Shown: piece by piece, positions 1-9,194 of the stretch
Layout of the letters: each line of letters starts with the position of its first letter
Position numbering within the stretch: the first letter of the stretch is position 1
DNA from: Chloroflexota bacterium
GTDB taxonomy: Bacteria; Chloroflexota; UBA11872; VXNJ01
NCBI GenBank assembly: GCA_026707405.1
Contig: JAPOWW010000013.1
Location: forward strand, 3,190-67,189
Length of the DNA stretch: 64,000 bases
Direction of reading: 5' to 3'
Notes under the pieces: model-generated
Seen by the model: only the letters and a program-made list of their open reading frames with translations
Databases searched by the model: none
Told to the model about the DNA's origin: nothing
Program-made: the position numbers and the translations under genes

Positions 1-2022
1 GAGGGCGAGCTTCGCCACCGCCGTGTCGGTGGCGTCGCCCTCCGTCATCCGGGAGTCGTCGCTGGTCAGGGAGACCAGGGTGGCCTCGCCGTCCTTGATC
101 AGCGCCTCATCTATCGGTTCTTCCGTCGAGACCGTGTAGCCCGTGCAGCCTGTCCCGCCGACCACGGTGGCGGTGATGGCGCCGTCGGGCTCGTCCACGG
201 CGGTGTCGGTGAAGGGCACCGAGAGGGTGCCCGTCATGCTGTTGGCGAGGATGGTGACCGTCCTGCGGCCCTCGTTCGCCGCAGACACCCGGTTGCCGCC
301 GGTCTCTACCACGTCCACGCAGACATCCTTGTTGGCGGACGGCGCAGGGTTCGCGGTGACGGTGAAGCTCAAGGGGCTCTGGTTCTCTTCGCGCACCTGC
401 TGGTCGTAGTCGTTGCGGCTGATGCCCTCGATGACGGGCAGCCCTATCTTGACCAGCGGGTTGGCCGCCGTGTGGTCGCTGGGCTCGATCGTGAACCAGT
501 CCTGAACCGCTGAGCCGGGCTGCAGGTTGTTATCGGCAATGTCGAGGAACAAAGCGGTCAACGGTTGGGCTTGCTCAGCGTTGTTGTCGTCCGGAATGAC
601 GAAGGTGAACCGGGCCTGCGTCGTGTTTCCGGCGATCCGGACGTTTAAGTTATCCCAGATCTGGGTGACGGACCCGGATACCGCCGTCACCGTCGTAACG
701 CCGTGCGTGGATCTGAGCCCTGGGATATTGACCTGCACAATGATAGCGCTGGAGCGCGTCGATGACATGTCGACGGTGACGGTGACGGTGCCGCCCTCGG
801 CCACCCGCTCCGGCGAGACCGTCAGGGTGATCGAACGGCCCGTCGCGCTGGTGCTCTTGATGAACAGGGCGGTCGCAAAGTTCTGGCCATCGTAGGTGGC
901 GCCCGCGATGCCGCTCACGCCGGTGAAGTAGAGGGGTTTCGTTTCCGTGCCCGAGGTGGCCACCGAGTTGGCGCCGGCCGTGCCGATCAGGGTCACCGCG
1001 CGCGGCGCATTGGCACCGCTGAAGGTGATGGTCCAGTTGGTGGTGTTCAAGGTCACTCCGGCGGGCGTGCCGTCGAGGGCGAGGGTGTAATCGCCGCCCA
1101 GAAACAGACTGTGAGAGTGGAACGTGGCGGTGAGGGTCTCGCCCGGGGCCAGGGAGCGGCTCAGGCTGACCACCACGGTCGCCGTGTCCGTGCTGCTGCC
1201 CTCGGTCATGATGGCGTCGCTGGCGCTCAGCGAGACGTGGATCGGCCCGGCCACGATGAACTCCGGCGACATGGCGTACATGGACCGCGTCGCGGTGTTG
1301 GCGTCCTGTGTGTTGCTCAGGGGCCCGTAGAACCTCCCCGGCTCCCGGTGCCTGCCGATCTCTACCCTGGTCGCGCCAAGATAATTGCTGGTCCGTGTGG
1401 CGCAGGAGTTTTCGCTTCCCGTCCAGGGATGATTGCTGTCGGCGTGGGGCGCGCCGTTCTCGTTGCGGTGATCGGCCAGCGTCCCGGCGCGCCACCACTC
1501 CGCCGGCTGGGTGGAACTCCGCCACGGCTGCTCCTCGTTGCAGAAGTCCTGGTAGTCGTTGGCCACCAGCCCGCCGTCGCCCTCGTCGTCCATCCAGTAG
1601 ATGGGCACGCCCGTGCGCCAGTTGCCGCCATGGCGGAAGTCCAGGTGGTCGCGAAGGTTCGCGGCCTGGGTTGAGCCGACCATCTTGAACCCTGATGCGT
1701 AGGGCTTGATGGCGGTCAGCGTGTTGGCGCTCTTGGTGAGCTCGCTCTGCACGTAGCCGTCGTAGGTGGCGATGTCGGTGGCGGTGGCAGCCCACCGCGA
1801 CGTGGTGCGGAACATCAGCCGGAAGCGGTCTCCAGGCCCCAGGCTGCTGGGCTTGAGCGCCCAGTCGGCGGGCACCACGTGGACGTCGGCCTGCGGGACG
1901 GCCTGCGGCGTAGTCTGCGCCGAGGCGCCGGGCGCGGGGGCGATGACCAATAGCAGCCCGGCCAGAGCGGATAGGAGGGCGAGGGGGAGAAGGCGGTGAG
2001 CGGGGCTAGCGAGGCTCGGCAT
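1..2022 (-). CDS. Large secreted surface/adhesin-like protein (N-terminal lectin-like domain plus Calx-beta/Ig-like repeats), partial, runs off the window
   Basis: Absent from the ORF track. ATG at 2022 with GGAGGGAGG RBS. Hand translation: MPSLASPAHRLLPLALLSALAGLLLVIAPAPGASAQ (signal peptide), then VPADWALKPSSLGPGDRFRLMF..ATATDIATYDGYVQ, and later Thr/Val/Asp-rich beta modules (FTVTANPAPS..TVTILAN..DEPDGAITATV). Confidence 0.8.
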   Translation of the reverse strand, partial: MPSLASPAHRLLPLALLSALAGLLLVIAPAPGASAQTTPQAVPQADVHVVPADWALKPSSLGPGDRFRLMFRTTSRWAATATDIATYDGYVQSELTKSANTLTAIKPYASGFKMVGSTQAANLRDHLDFRHGGNWRTGVPIYWMDDEGDGGLVANDYQDFCNEEQPWRSSTQPAEWWRAGTLADHRNENGAPHADSNHPWTGSENSCATRTSNYLGATRVEIGRHREPGRFYGPLSNTQDANTATRSMYAMSPEFIVAGPIHVSLSASDAIMTEGSSTDTATVVVSLSRSLAPGETLTATFHSHSLFLGGDYTLALDGTPAGVTLNTTNWTITFSGANAPRAVTLIGTAGANSVATSGTETKPLYFTGVSGIAGATYDGQNFATALFIKSTSATGRSITLTVSPERVAEGGTVTVTVDMSSTRSSAIIVQVNIPGLRSTHGVTTVTAVSGSVTQIWDNLNVRIAGNTTQARFTFVIPDDNNAEQAQPLTALFLDIADNNLQPGSAVQDWFTIEPSDHTAANPLVKIGLPVIEGISRNDYDQQVREENQSPLSFTVTANPAPSANKDVCVDVVETGGNRVSAANEGRRTVTILANSMTGTLSVPFTDTAVDEPDGAITATVVGGTGCTGYTVSTEEPIDEALIKDGEATLVSLTSDDSRMTEGDATDTAVAKLAL

Positions 2023-2078
2023 GGCAAGCCTCCCTCCGGCCCGGCGTTGCGTCAGATGCGGAAAGTCGGGGGGTAGAA

Positions 2079-2904
2079 CTATTGATCATGTCTTATGCGC
2101 TTCTTATGCGCTCTCATTCTCCCATGATGCAGGGATTGAAATGGCATATTTTCTATCTGAAATGCGGCAGCCTCTCGGGCCTGACGTTCCTGCAATCGTC
2201 CCTCGCGTTCCGTGTCGGCGCGGGCTTGCAAAGTGTCGGCACGGGCCTCGGCTGCTAAGCGGGCCTCCCGCTCGGCCTGGGCCACGCCGCGCACGCTCTC
2301 AAGGCTGGCGATGGGTCGGTCAGTGGCAGGGTCATGGAATACCAACTCCCCGTCCTCCAAGCGCAGATTCAGGCTCAATGCAGCGCTGTAGCCCTGCAAC
2401 ACTCCGCCGGGCAGTTCCTCTATCTCTATCGGAACATAGACCCCGTTCGCCACCCAACTCGCCTTGTGGTACTCCACCGTCTTGTCGAACCACTAGTATA
2501 CCGGTATGCCCAGACTATACCCAGACCGGCGTAGTCCTCACGCTTGGCTCCCGCGTCTATTGCCCCGGTGCTCTCCGACGCCACCTCCAACACGAGGTCC
2601 GGCGGCTTCCCCTGCTCCGAGATCACATAAGCCTTGCTCCGGTAGTACGCCTCAGGGTCCACCCCAAAAGCCACCAACAGGTCGGGATACCTCACCCCGG
2701 ACAGGCTCCGGGTGGGAGCCAACGCAAGATAATGCTCTCCCGCCACCAGCGTCGTCTCTCGGTTCCCCAGGTGGTCGATGAGGCGGTAGGCATTCCCGGT
2801 GGCCGAAAGCTGGTCATCTTGCCGTCCGGGTCTTCCGGCGGGTCCGGAAACACGATGTGCTCCCGAACCTGCGGCGTCTTGGCGAATGTGTCTGGCGTCG
2901 TCAT
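2079..2904 (-). pseudogene. Uma2/DUF820 family putative endonuclease, frameshifted pseudogene
   Basis: Three fragments in different frames join into one Uma2-like protein: MTTPD..FPDPP / YPDLLVAFGVDP..EQGKPPDLVLEVASESTG..KREDYA / GYSAALSLNLRLEDGELVFHDPAT plus a coiled-coil tail. An 11-bp duplication at 2505-2526 and a TAG at 2493-2495 in the restored frame. Confidence 0.85.
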
Positions 2905-3145
2905 AGTTCACCCGACAGTCGGCCCGGAGCTTCCGCCGTCTTCCGCCCGCTCATCGGCAGTCCAAAGCGATGGCGTCTCCACTCCTCGGCCCCTCCAACA
3001 TGGTATTCGTCTACTGGCGTCATTCCACTACATCTGTCCAGTTCGAGGAAAGCAAGTTTTCTGCCTACCCCTCGCCCTGCGAAAGCGCCCTGAGCTAGAC
3101 CTCCAGCTTGAAGGAAATTGCGAAGGTTCTTGATTTTATCAAGTC

Positions 3146-3233
3146 TGGTGGGGAAGGAGAGACTCGAACTCTCACGGACGCTAGGCCCACATGATCCTAA
3201 ATCATGCCCGTCTACCAATTCCGGCACTCCCCC
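3146..3233 (-). tRNA. tRNA-Leu (anticodon UAG)
   Basis: GGGGGAG/CTTCCCC acceptor stem, TGGTAGAC D-loop, CATGA-TTTAGGA-TCATG anticodon arm, long variable arm, GTTCGAGT T-loop, encoded CCA. Confidence 0.97.
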
Positions 3234-3371
3234 AAACACCCGCGCGGAGTTTCAGCACACTCTCAGACGACTTCGATTTGTGCCAGCGTCTGAGCCGGCC
3301 GAACGACGGTCAAGAATTATATTGCGCCTCAATACAGCGACCGGACGTCCGCGAAGGCTTGGTTTGAGCTA

Positions 3372-4778
3372 CTACCGCCTTGACGGCAAGGTGTTGATCG
3401 GTTCCCCGATCGCTTCCCACGCGGCCTCGCCGACAAGCTCTGAGAACGTCGGATGAGCGTGAATTACGTCGCGCAGATCGTCCAGAGTCGCTTCCAGTTT
3501 GATGGCCAGGACGCCTTCGGCGATGACGTCGGACGCGCCGGCGCCGATGATATGCATCCCCACGACCGCCCCGTACTGCGGATCGGCAACGACTTTCAAG
3601 AAACCCTCCGGCTCCCCGAAGGCCCGCGCCCTTCCGCTCGCCATATACGGAAACTTTCCGATCAGCGCGTCGCCGAACTGCTCCCGCGCTGCCGCCTCCG
3701 TAAGCCCGACGCTGGCGACCTCCGGTACGCAAAACGTAGCGCCTGGTACGGCGTCGTAGTCGATTTCCATTTCATTTCCGGCCATGTTCTCGGCCGCTAC
3801 GATGCCCTGGTGCGAGGCCAGATGCGCCAGCAGCTTTTTCCCAGTCACGTCGCCTATGGCGTAGACGCCCGCGACGTTGGTCCGCATACGCTCGTCGACC
3901 TCGATGCCTGCCCTGCCGAACCTGACTCCAGCAGTCTCCAGGCCGATGTCCCTCGTGTTGGCGCTCCGGCCGGTTGCATTGAGAACGGCTTCGGTCTCGA
4001 TCTCCTCGTCGCCGTCGGAACCGGTAACCGTTACGGAAAACTCCCCCGCCGAACCGCCAATCGTCTTTACAGCGGTCGACGTCTTGACGGATATCCGCTG
4101 CCTGGTGAACTCGCGTTTCAGCGCAGCGGAGATTTCCTCGTCCTCGACGGGTACCAGCCGCTCCAGCATCTCGACCAGCGTTACCTTGCACCCCAGAGCG
4201 GAGAAGAAGCTGGCCCACTCGACTCCGACGGCGCCTCCGCCGACGATGACCATCGAACCCGGCACCTCCTGGAGCTCAAGCGCATCGTCGCTGGTCATGA
4301 CGCCGGGCAGGTCAAATCCGGGCACGGGCGGGACCGCCGGCGAGGAACCCGTCGAAATAACGACGTTGCGGGCGGTGACTAGCTCCGGTCCGCCAGCGTT
4401 CAGATCAACCTCGACAACACCCGGACTTACCAGTCTGCCGCGTCCGGCGACCACCTCGACGCCCGCCGAGGCCAGCAGCGCGCCGATCCCCCTGGAGAGC
4501 GTCGAAACGACCCTGTCCTTGCGCCTCGCTATTGCCGGCAGGTCGGCGGCTACGCCGTCTACACGCACTCCGTAAGTCTTGGCCGAGCTGGCCAGGTGAT
4601 AGACCTCGGCGCTTCGCAGGAGCGCCTTGGTCGGAATGCAGCCGGTGTTGGTGCAAACGCCGCCAAGGTCGCCTTGCTCGACGACTACCGTTTTCAGCCC
4701 CAGCCGGCTTGCGCGAATGGCGCAAACGTAGCCCCCCGGGCCCGATCCGATAACGCATACGTCGGCTGTCAACGGCAT
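3372..4778 (-). CDS. lpdA: Dihydrolipoyl dehydrogenase (E3)
   Basis: GSGPGG FAD motif, GGVCTNTGCIP redox disulfide, GGGAVG NAD motif, HAHPTFSE C-terminus. Confidence 0.95.
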   Translation of the reverse strand: MPLTADVCVIGSGPGGYVCAIRASRLGLKTVVVEQGDLGGVCTNTGCIPTKALLRSAEVYHLASSAKTYGVRVDGVAADLPAIARRKDRVVSTLSRGIGALLASAGVEVVAGRGRLVSPGVVEVDLNAGGPELVTARNVVISTGSSPAVPPVPGFDLPGVMTSDDALELQEVPGSMVIVGGGAVGVEWASFFSALGCKVTLVEMLERLVPVEDEEISAALKREFTRQRISVKTSTAVKTIGGSAGEFSVTVTGSDGDEEIETEAVLNATGRSANTRDIGLETAGVRFGRAGIEVDERMRTNVAGVYAIGDVTGKKLLAHLASHQGIVAAENMAGNEMEIDYDAVPGATFCVPEVASVGLTEAAAREQFGDALIGKFPYMASGRARAFGEPEGFLKVVADPQYGAVVGMHIIGAGASDVIAEGVLAIKLEATLDDLRDVIHAHPTFSELVGEAAWEAIGEPINTLPSRR

Positions 4779-4803
4779 TCGGCGGACTCCTTTTCTGGCA
4801 GGA

Positions 4804-5118
4804 TCAGGTAATTATCGCGCCGCCGGCGCCGGTTGACTTGTCCCTCACGGTCTTGGCGGCCTTTTCAAGCCTGGTGATCGCCGCTCCCACATCCCCGCCG
4901 TCTGCGGTTGCGGCCGCAACCGCCTTGGCCGCCCGGTCGCACGCGGCTGTGAAGGGCACGCACAGCGCGCTTTTGACAAAGATTGCTTCCATCAGCGCTT
5001 GCAGGTCCCCACTTACGCCCTCCAACCGCTCCCGCGCATCCGCGTCAAGCGAGGCCTCGCCCGCTACGCCGGAGAGATGGCTCAACGCCGACGTGATCTG
5101 CTCCTGTCCTTTTGTCAT
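4804..5118 (-). CDS. Hypothetical small helical protein
   Basis: 104 aa ORF with AGGAAGGA RBS, co-directional with its neighbours and ending 25 bp before lpdA; no recognised motif. Confidence 0.7.
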   Translation of the reverse strand: MTKGQEQITSALSHLSGVAGEASLDADARERLEGVSGDLQALMEAIFVKSALCVPFTAACDRAAKAVAAATADGGDVGAAITRLEKAAKTVRDKSTGAGGAIIT

Positions 5119-5228
5119 GTCCTTCCTAACGCTTTACAACAGTCGCGCGCGAGCACGGGGACGCGAGATCGACCCTCAAACCCGGCGCGGCGCTCGCCGC
5201 GCCTACCCCTACGCGATTCTTGTTTCTA

Positions 5229-6578
5229 CTAGCCCGCCGTTACGCGCGGTCCGGCCACCTTTACGAGGTCCACGTTCTCCAAACGATCGAACCCCGCGCC
5301 GTCGAACCGGTCTTCGGGGAATGGATTCTGCTTGGCGTACATTGGACCGTACTTGGCTCCGATAAGCCGCCGGTCGGCGGTGAAGGAAAAGTCGGCGCTT
5401 TCGCGAGTCTGGTCGATCTCGACCAGATCGTACTCGAGACTGCCCAGACCGATCTCGACGCCGGTGTGGAGCTGAATCTCCTCGCTGGATCCCGGAACGG
5501 TCGACGACGCCATCGAGAACTTGTGGTCTCCCTCATTCATAACGTCCCAGTCGTCGGCGGCCGATCCCGGCGTGCCCGCGACTTCGGTCGCGCGATCCAG
5601 GCAAGCCTTGTCGAGCGCGACGGGATCGCTGCCGGTGAATATGCCCAGGTGTGGCGTTATGGGAACATCGGCATGATCGACGCAGTCGCACTTGGGCGAA
5701 ACATCCAGCGCCATGTTCAGGAACCCGACTTTCCCGTCGAGCGCCTTCATCGTCGCCAGACACGCATCCGCGACTGCGGCGTTGAACGCGCGGAAGTTCT
5801 CCTCCGGCCACGTCCACACTCCAGCCGTGGCCATCGCTCCCAGGCAGCCCAGGCAGGTTGGACACTTCGACTTGTCCCAATCGAGCGTCCCGTTGGATCG
5901 CGAAAGAGCGCCGTGCGGACACAGATCGGGAATCATGTCGAGGAGTGCGGGCGTCGCGTTTTCGGGGTGGAACTCCACTGTCGCGGGGATGCCGTAGTTG
6001 GGATGCCCGCCCATGTGCACGTTGTACTTACCGCGCTTGGACTGCGCGCCTATGCCCAGATTCTTGACCGACCCGCCGATTACACCCATCGGATGACCCT
6101 TGAAGTGGGTGAGCACGATCATCGAGTCGGCCAGCGCAATAGCGCTGGATACGTAGGCCTCGCGCAGAATGTAGCCCTCGGGCATCGGAATCCGTATATC
6201 GTCCGTGCCGTTGTAGCCGTCGGCAACGATAAACGGACAGCCCAGCGTCGAAGAGTTGTAGCCATTCCGCTCAGCCGTCACCATGAGGTCCGGCGCGATG
6301 GACCGCGCGGCCCTCGGTCCGTAGGTCAGCGTGGTCGTATCGCATACGAACGGCCTGCCGCCCAGCTCTTTGACCCTGTCGGCAACGGCCCGAGCGTAGA
6401 CGGGCCGAAGATACGCCGTGTTGTTCCACTCGCCACAGTGCACTTTTATTGCAACCACGTCGCCGGGTCTTACAAGTTGCTCGAAGTCCGCCTCATCGAA
6501 CAACGTGAGCATCTGCGCAACGAATCCCGTCTCCGTGGAGTGGCTGCGACGTTCCATCGTATAGACCTTGGATGCCAT
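5229..6578 (-). CDS. DUF362 domain Fe-S protein
   Basis: VAIKVHCGE, HFKGH, CP..CPTCLGC ferredoxin-like insert, SPKCDC and DPVALD motifs. Start MASKVY chosen from the GAGGTGG RBS. Confidence 0.85.
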   Translation of the reverse strand: MASKVYTMERRSHSTETGFVAQMLTLFDEADFEQLVRPGDVVAIKVHCGEWNNTAYLRPVYARAVADRVKELGGRPFVCDTTTLTYGPRAARSIAPDLMVTAERNGYNSSTLGCPFIVADGYNGTDDIRIPMPEGYILREAYVSSAIALADSMIVLTHFKGHPMGVIGGSVKNLGIGAQSKRGKYNVHMGGHPNYGIPATVEFHPENATPALLDMIPDLCPHGALSRSNGTLDWDKSKCPTCLGCLGAMATAGVWTWPEENFRAFNAAVADACLATMKALDGKVGFLNMALDVSPKCDCVDHADVPITPHLGIFTGSDPVALDKACLDRATEVAGTPGSAADDWDVMNEGDHKFSMASSTVPGSSEEIQLHTGVEIGLGSLEYDLVEIDQTRESADFSFTADRRLIGAKYGPMYAKQNPFPEDRFDGAGFDRLENVDLVKVAGPRVTAG

Positions 6579-6795
6579 TTCGACCACCTCCTGGCGCTTA
6601 AGTCCTTCCACACACCAACATAACGCGCCTTGCCAACTTGACTGAGAACGCGGCGGGAATCCGCCCCCGTGCTCAAGTCAGGGTCGCTCAGTCTATCCGA
6701 GCAGTCGAACGGCTACCACGACATGCCTGCAAAGTGACTGAAAAGAGGTAAACGAACGCCGCTCCCAAAGCCACCCCAGTGTCGCGTGCGCCAGG

Positions 6796-8085
6796 CTAGA
6801 TCAGCAGATAAGGCTGCTCGATGAGCTGGCTGATTCGCTGCAAGAACCTGGCCGCCGGAGCGCCGTCGTTGAGCCGATGATCGAAGGTGAGACTCAACGT
6901 CATCATCTGGCGGATCGCAATCTCACCGTCGACGACCGCTGGCTTGGCAATGATCCTGCCCACACCAAGAATCGCGCATTCGGGCGGGTTGATGACCGGC
7001 GTAAAAGCGTCGATCCCCAGGGCGCCGAGGTTCGTTATCGTGAATGTTCCGCCGCTCAGATCGTTGAGATCGAGGTTGCCGCCCGTGACACTCCCGATCA
7101 GCTTGCGGAACGCGGCTGCCAACTCTACCAGTTGCATGTTTTGAGCGTTCTTGACGTTCGGGACCACGAGACCATCGGGGACCTCGACGGCAAGTCCGAT
7201 GTTGACATGCTCGTTATTGACGATTTCGTCTCCGCTGAGAGAGGCGTTCATGTGAGGATGCTCGACGAGCGCCCTGGTCACTATTCGCGCCAGCAGGTCG
7301 TTAAACGAAATTCTGAATCCGAGCGCGTCCTCGTGTTGCGAGGCAAGATCGGTCCGTAGCTCGACGAAACGGGTTGCATCGACCTCTGTGACGAGGGTCA
7401 GTTGCGCCATTGTGGATAGGCTCTGCATCATCCGGTCAGCGATAACCTTGCGCATTCCTGCAATCGGAACGGCGCCTGCTGCGGCCGGCGCGGCGGCGGG
7501 AACCGGAACGGGGGCCGGGGCCGCTACCCTGGCGCCGTCGGCGCTGGCGTGAACGTCTTTGGCAACGATCCTGCCGCCGGGGCCGGAGCCTTGTAGAAGT
7601 GCTATATCGACGCCAAACTCAGCCGCCAGCCTTCTCGCCAGCGGCGAAGCTTTAATGCGTCCGCCGACCGGCTGCACAACCTGGGCGGTTGCCGGTGCCG
7701 TCTGAGTGACGGCCTGTACAGGCTGCGCGGGCGGGGTTGCTACTGGCGGAGGCGCGACCGGCTGGGGCGCGGGGGCGACGGGCGGAGGCGGAGCGGCAGT
7801 CTCGCTGACCGGCTCCGCCACGGGCTCTGCGGCGGGAAGCTCCTCGCCCTCCGCAAGAACATAGGCGACGATTCCCTGGACCTTCACCGATTCACCGGCC
7901 CGGGCGGCGATGCCGCCGATAACGCCGTCGGCGGGGGCCTCTATCTCAGCGTTGATCTTATCGGTCTCGAACTCGACTATGACCTGGTCCTTGGTGACCG
8001 GGTCGCCTTCCTCGACGAGCCACTTCGAGATGATTCCCTCTTCCATCGTCATCCCGAGCAGCGGCATTTTTATGGGAGTTGCCAA
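6796..8085 (-). CDS. Dihydrolipoamide acyltransferase (E2) of a 2-oxoacid/acetoin dehydrogenase
   Basis: Single lipoyl domain (ETDKI), Pro/Ala linker, ASPLARRLA E3-binding domain, DHRLNDGA catalytic motif. Confidence 0.95.
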   Translation of the reverse strand: MATPIKMPLLGMTMEEGIISKWLVEEGDPVTKDQVIVEFETDKINAEIEAPADGVIGGIAARAGESVKVQGIVAYVLAEGEELPAAEPVAEPVSETAAPPPPVAPAPQPVAPPPVATPPAQPVQAVTQTAPATAQVVQPVGGRIKASPLARRLAAEFGVDIALLQGSGPGGRIVAKDVHASADGARVAAPAPVPVPAAAPAAAGAVPIAGMRKVIADRMMQSLSTMAQLTLVTEVDATRFVELRTDLASQHEDALGFRISFNDLLARIVTRALVEHPHMNASLSGDEIVNNEHVNIGLAVEVPDGLVVPNVKNAQNMQLVELAAAFRKLIGSVTGGNLDLNDLSGGTFTITNLGALGIDAFTPVINPPECAILGVGRIIAKPAVVDGEIAIRQMMTLSLTFDHRLNDGAPAARFLQRISQLIEQPYLLI

Positions 8086-8156
8086 CGGCTACCTCACATT
8101 GCCCAAGGTCAAGCTAGTCAGAAATCCATCCGCAGGTCTTCGGATCGTCGGCAATT

Positions 8157-9185
8157 TCACACTCCGACAATCAGATCCCTTACGGCATCCACGATTCTGT
8201 CGACGCTCGGGAAGGAGCCGAACTCGAGCGGCTCTGAAAACGGCACCGGCGAGTGCAAGGCCCCCAGCCGCTCGACCGGCGCGTCGAGATAGTCGAACGC
8301 CTGCTGTTGAATCTGCGAGGCGATCTCCCCTCCGAATCCACCGAACTGGACTGCCTCGTGGACTACGAGCGCGCGGTTCGTTTTCTGAACCGAAGCGACA
8401 GCTTTGCTGATATCCATTGGGTACAGCGTTCGGAGATCAATGACCTCGACCTCGACCCCCTCTTGGGCGAGTTGCTCGGCGGCTTCGAGCGCGAACGTCA
8501 CCTGACGGGCATACGTAACTATGGTGGCGTGCGTGCCCTCTCGCTTGACGTCGGACACGCCGAGCGGCACTACATAATCCCCTTCGGGAACGTTGCCGCG
8601 GCTTGCGTAGAGGGCCTTGTGCTCAAGGAACACCACTACGTTGTTGTCGCGAATTGCTGACTTGAGCAGCCCCTTGGCGTCGTAGGGTGTGGAAGGCGCT
8701 ACCACTTTGAGGCCGGGTATGTGAGTGAACCAGGCTTCGAGGCTCTGCGTGTGCTGCGCGGCGTTTCCGATTCCAGCGCCGGTTGACGCGCGATAGACGA
8801 TAGGCAGCGTCGCCTTGCCCCCGAACATGTATCGGTTCTTGGCCGCCTGATTGACGATCTGGTCCATGGCGATGCCCATGAAGTCGCTGTACATGAATTC
8901 GGCGATGGGTCGCAATCCGGTAATCGAAGCTCCCACGGCCGCTCCCGCTATCAGGGCCTCGGAAATGGGCGTGTCGATGATCCGGCTCTCTCCGTATTTC
9001 TCCAGCAGACCCTCGGTTACTTTGTAGGCTCCGCCCCAGATGCCGACTTCCTCGCCGATAACGAATACGGCCGGGTCGCGCTGCATCTCCTCATCTATAG
9101 CCTCGCGAAGCGCCTGATTGAAGAAAATCAGACGTTCCTGGGGAGCTTCCTGGCTAACGGCGGCGACGGCGGTTGTAGTAGTCAC
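8157..9185 (-). CDS. 2-oxoacid/acetoin dehydrogenase E1 beta subunit
   Basis: DTPISE, AQHTQSLE, EVIDLRTL motifs. Confidence 0.95.
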   Translation of the reverse strand: MTTTTAVAAVSQEAPQERLIFFNQALREAIDEEMQRDPAVFVIGEEVGIWGGAYKVTEGLLEKYGESRIIDTPISEALIAGAAVGASITGLRPIAEFMYSDFMGIAMDQIVNQAAKNRYMFGGKATLPIVYRASTGAGIGNAAQHTQSLEAWFTHIPGLKVVAPSTPYDAKGLLKSAIRDNNVVVFLEHKALYASRGNVPEGDYVVPLGVSDVKREGTHATIVTYARQVTFALEAAEQLAQEGVEVEVIDLRTLYPMDISKAVASVQKTNRALVVHEAVQFGGFGGEIASQIQQQAFDYLDAPVERLGALHSPVPFSEPLEFGSFPSVDRIVDAVRDLIVGV

Positions 9186-9194
9186 GAAATCATC

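Noticed and set aside
650-1795. 381-aa minus-strand ORF and several plus-strand ORFs within 1-2000
   Set aside because: Arg/His-rich alternate-frame or antisense shadows of the real gene starting at 2022.
2021-3133. 370-aa plus-strand ORF
   Set aside because: Antisense to the Uma2 pseudogene, with no motifs.
5220-6623. 467-aa plus-strand ORF
   Set aside because: Antisense shadow of the DUF362 gene, as expected in high-GC DNA.
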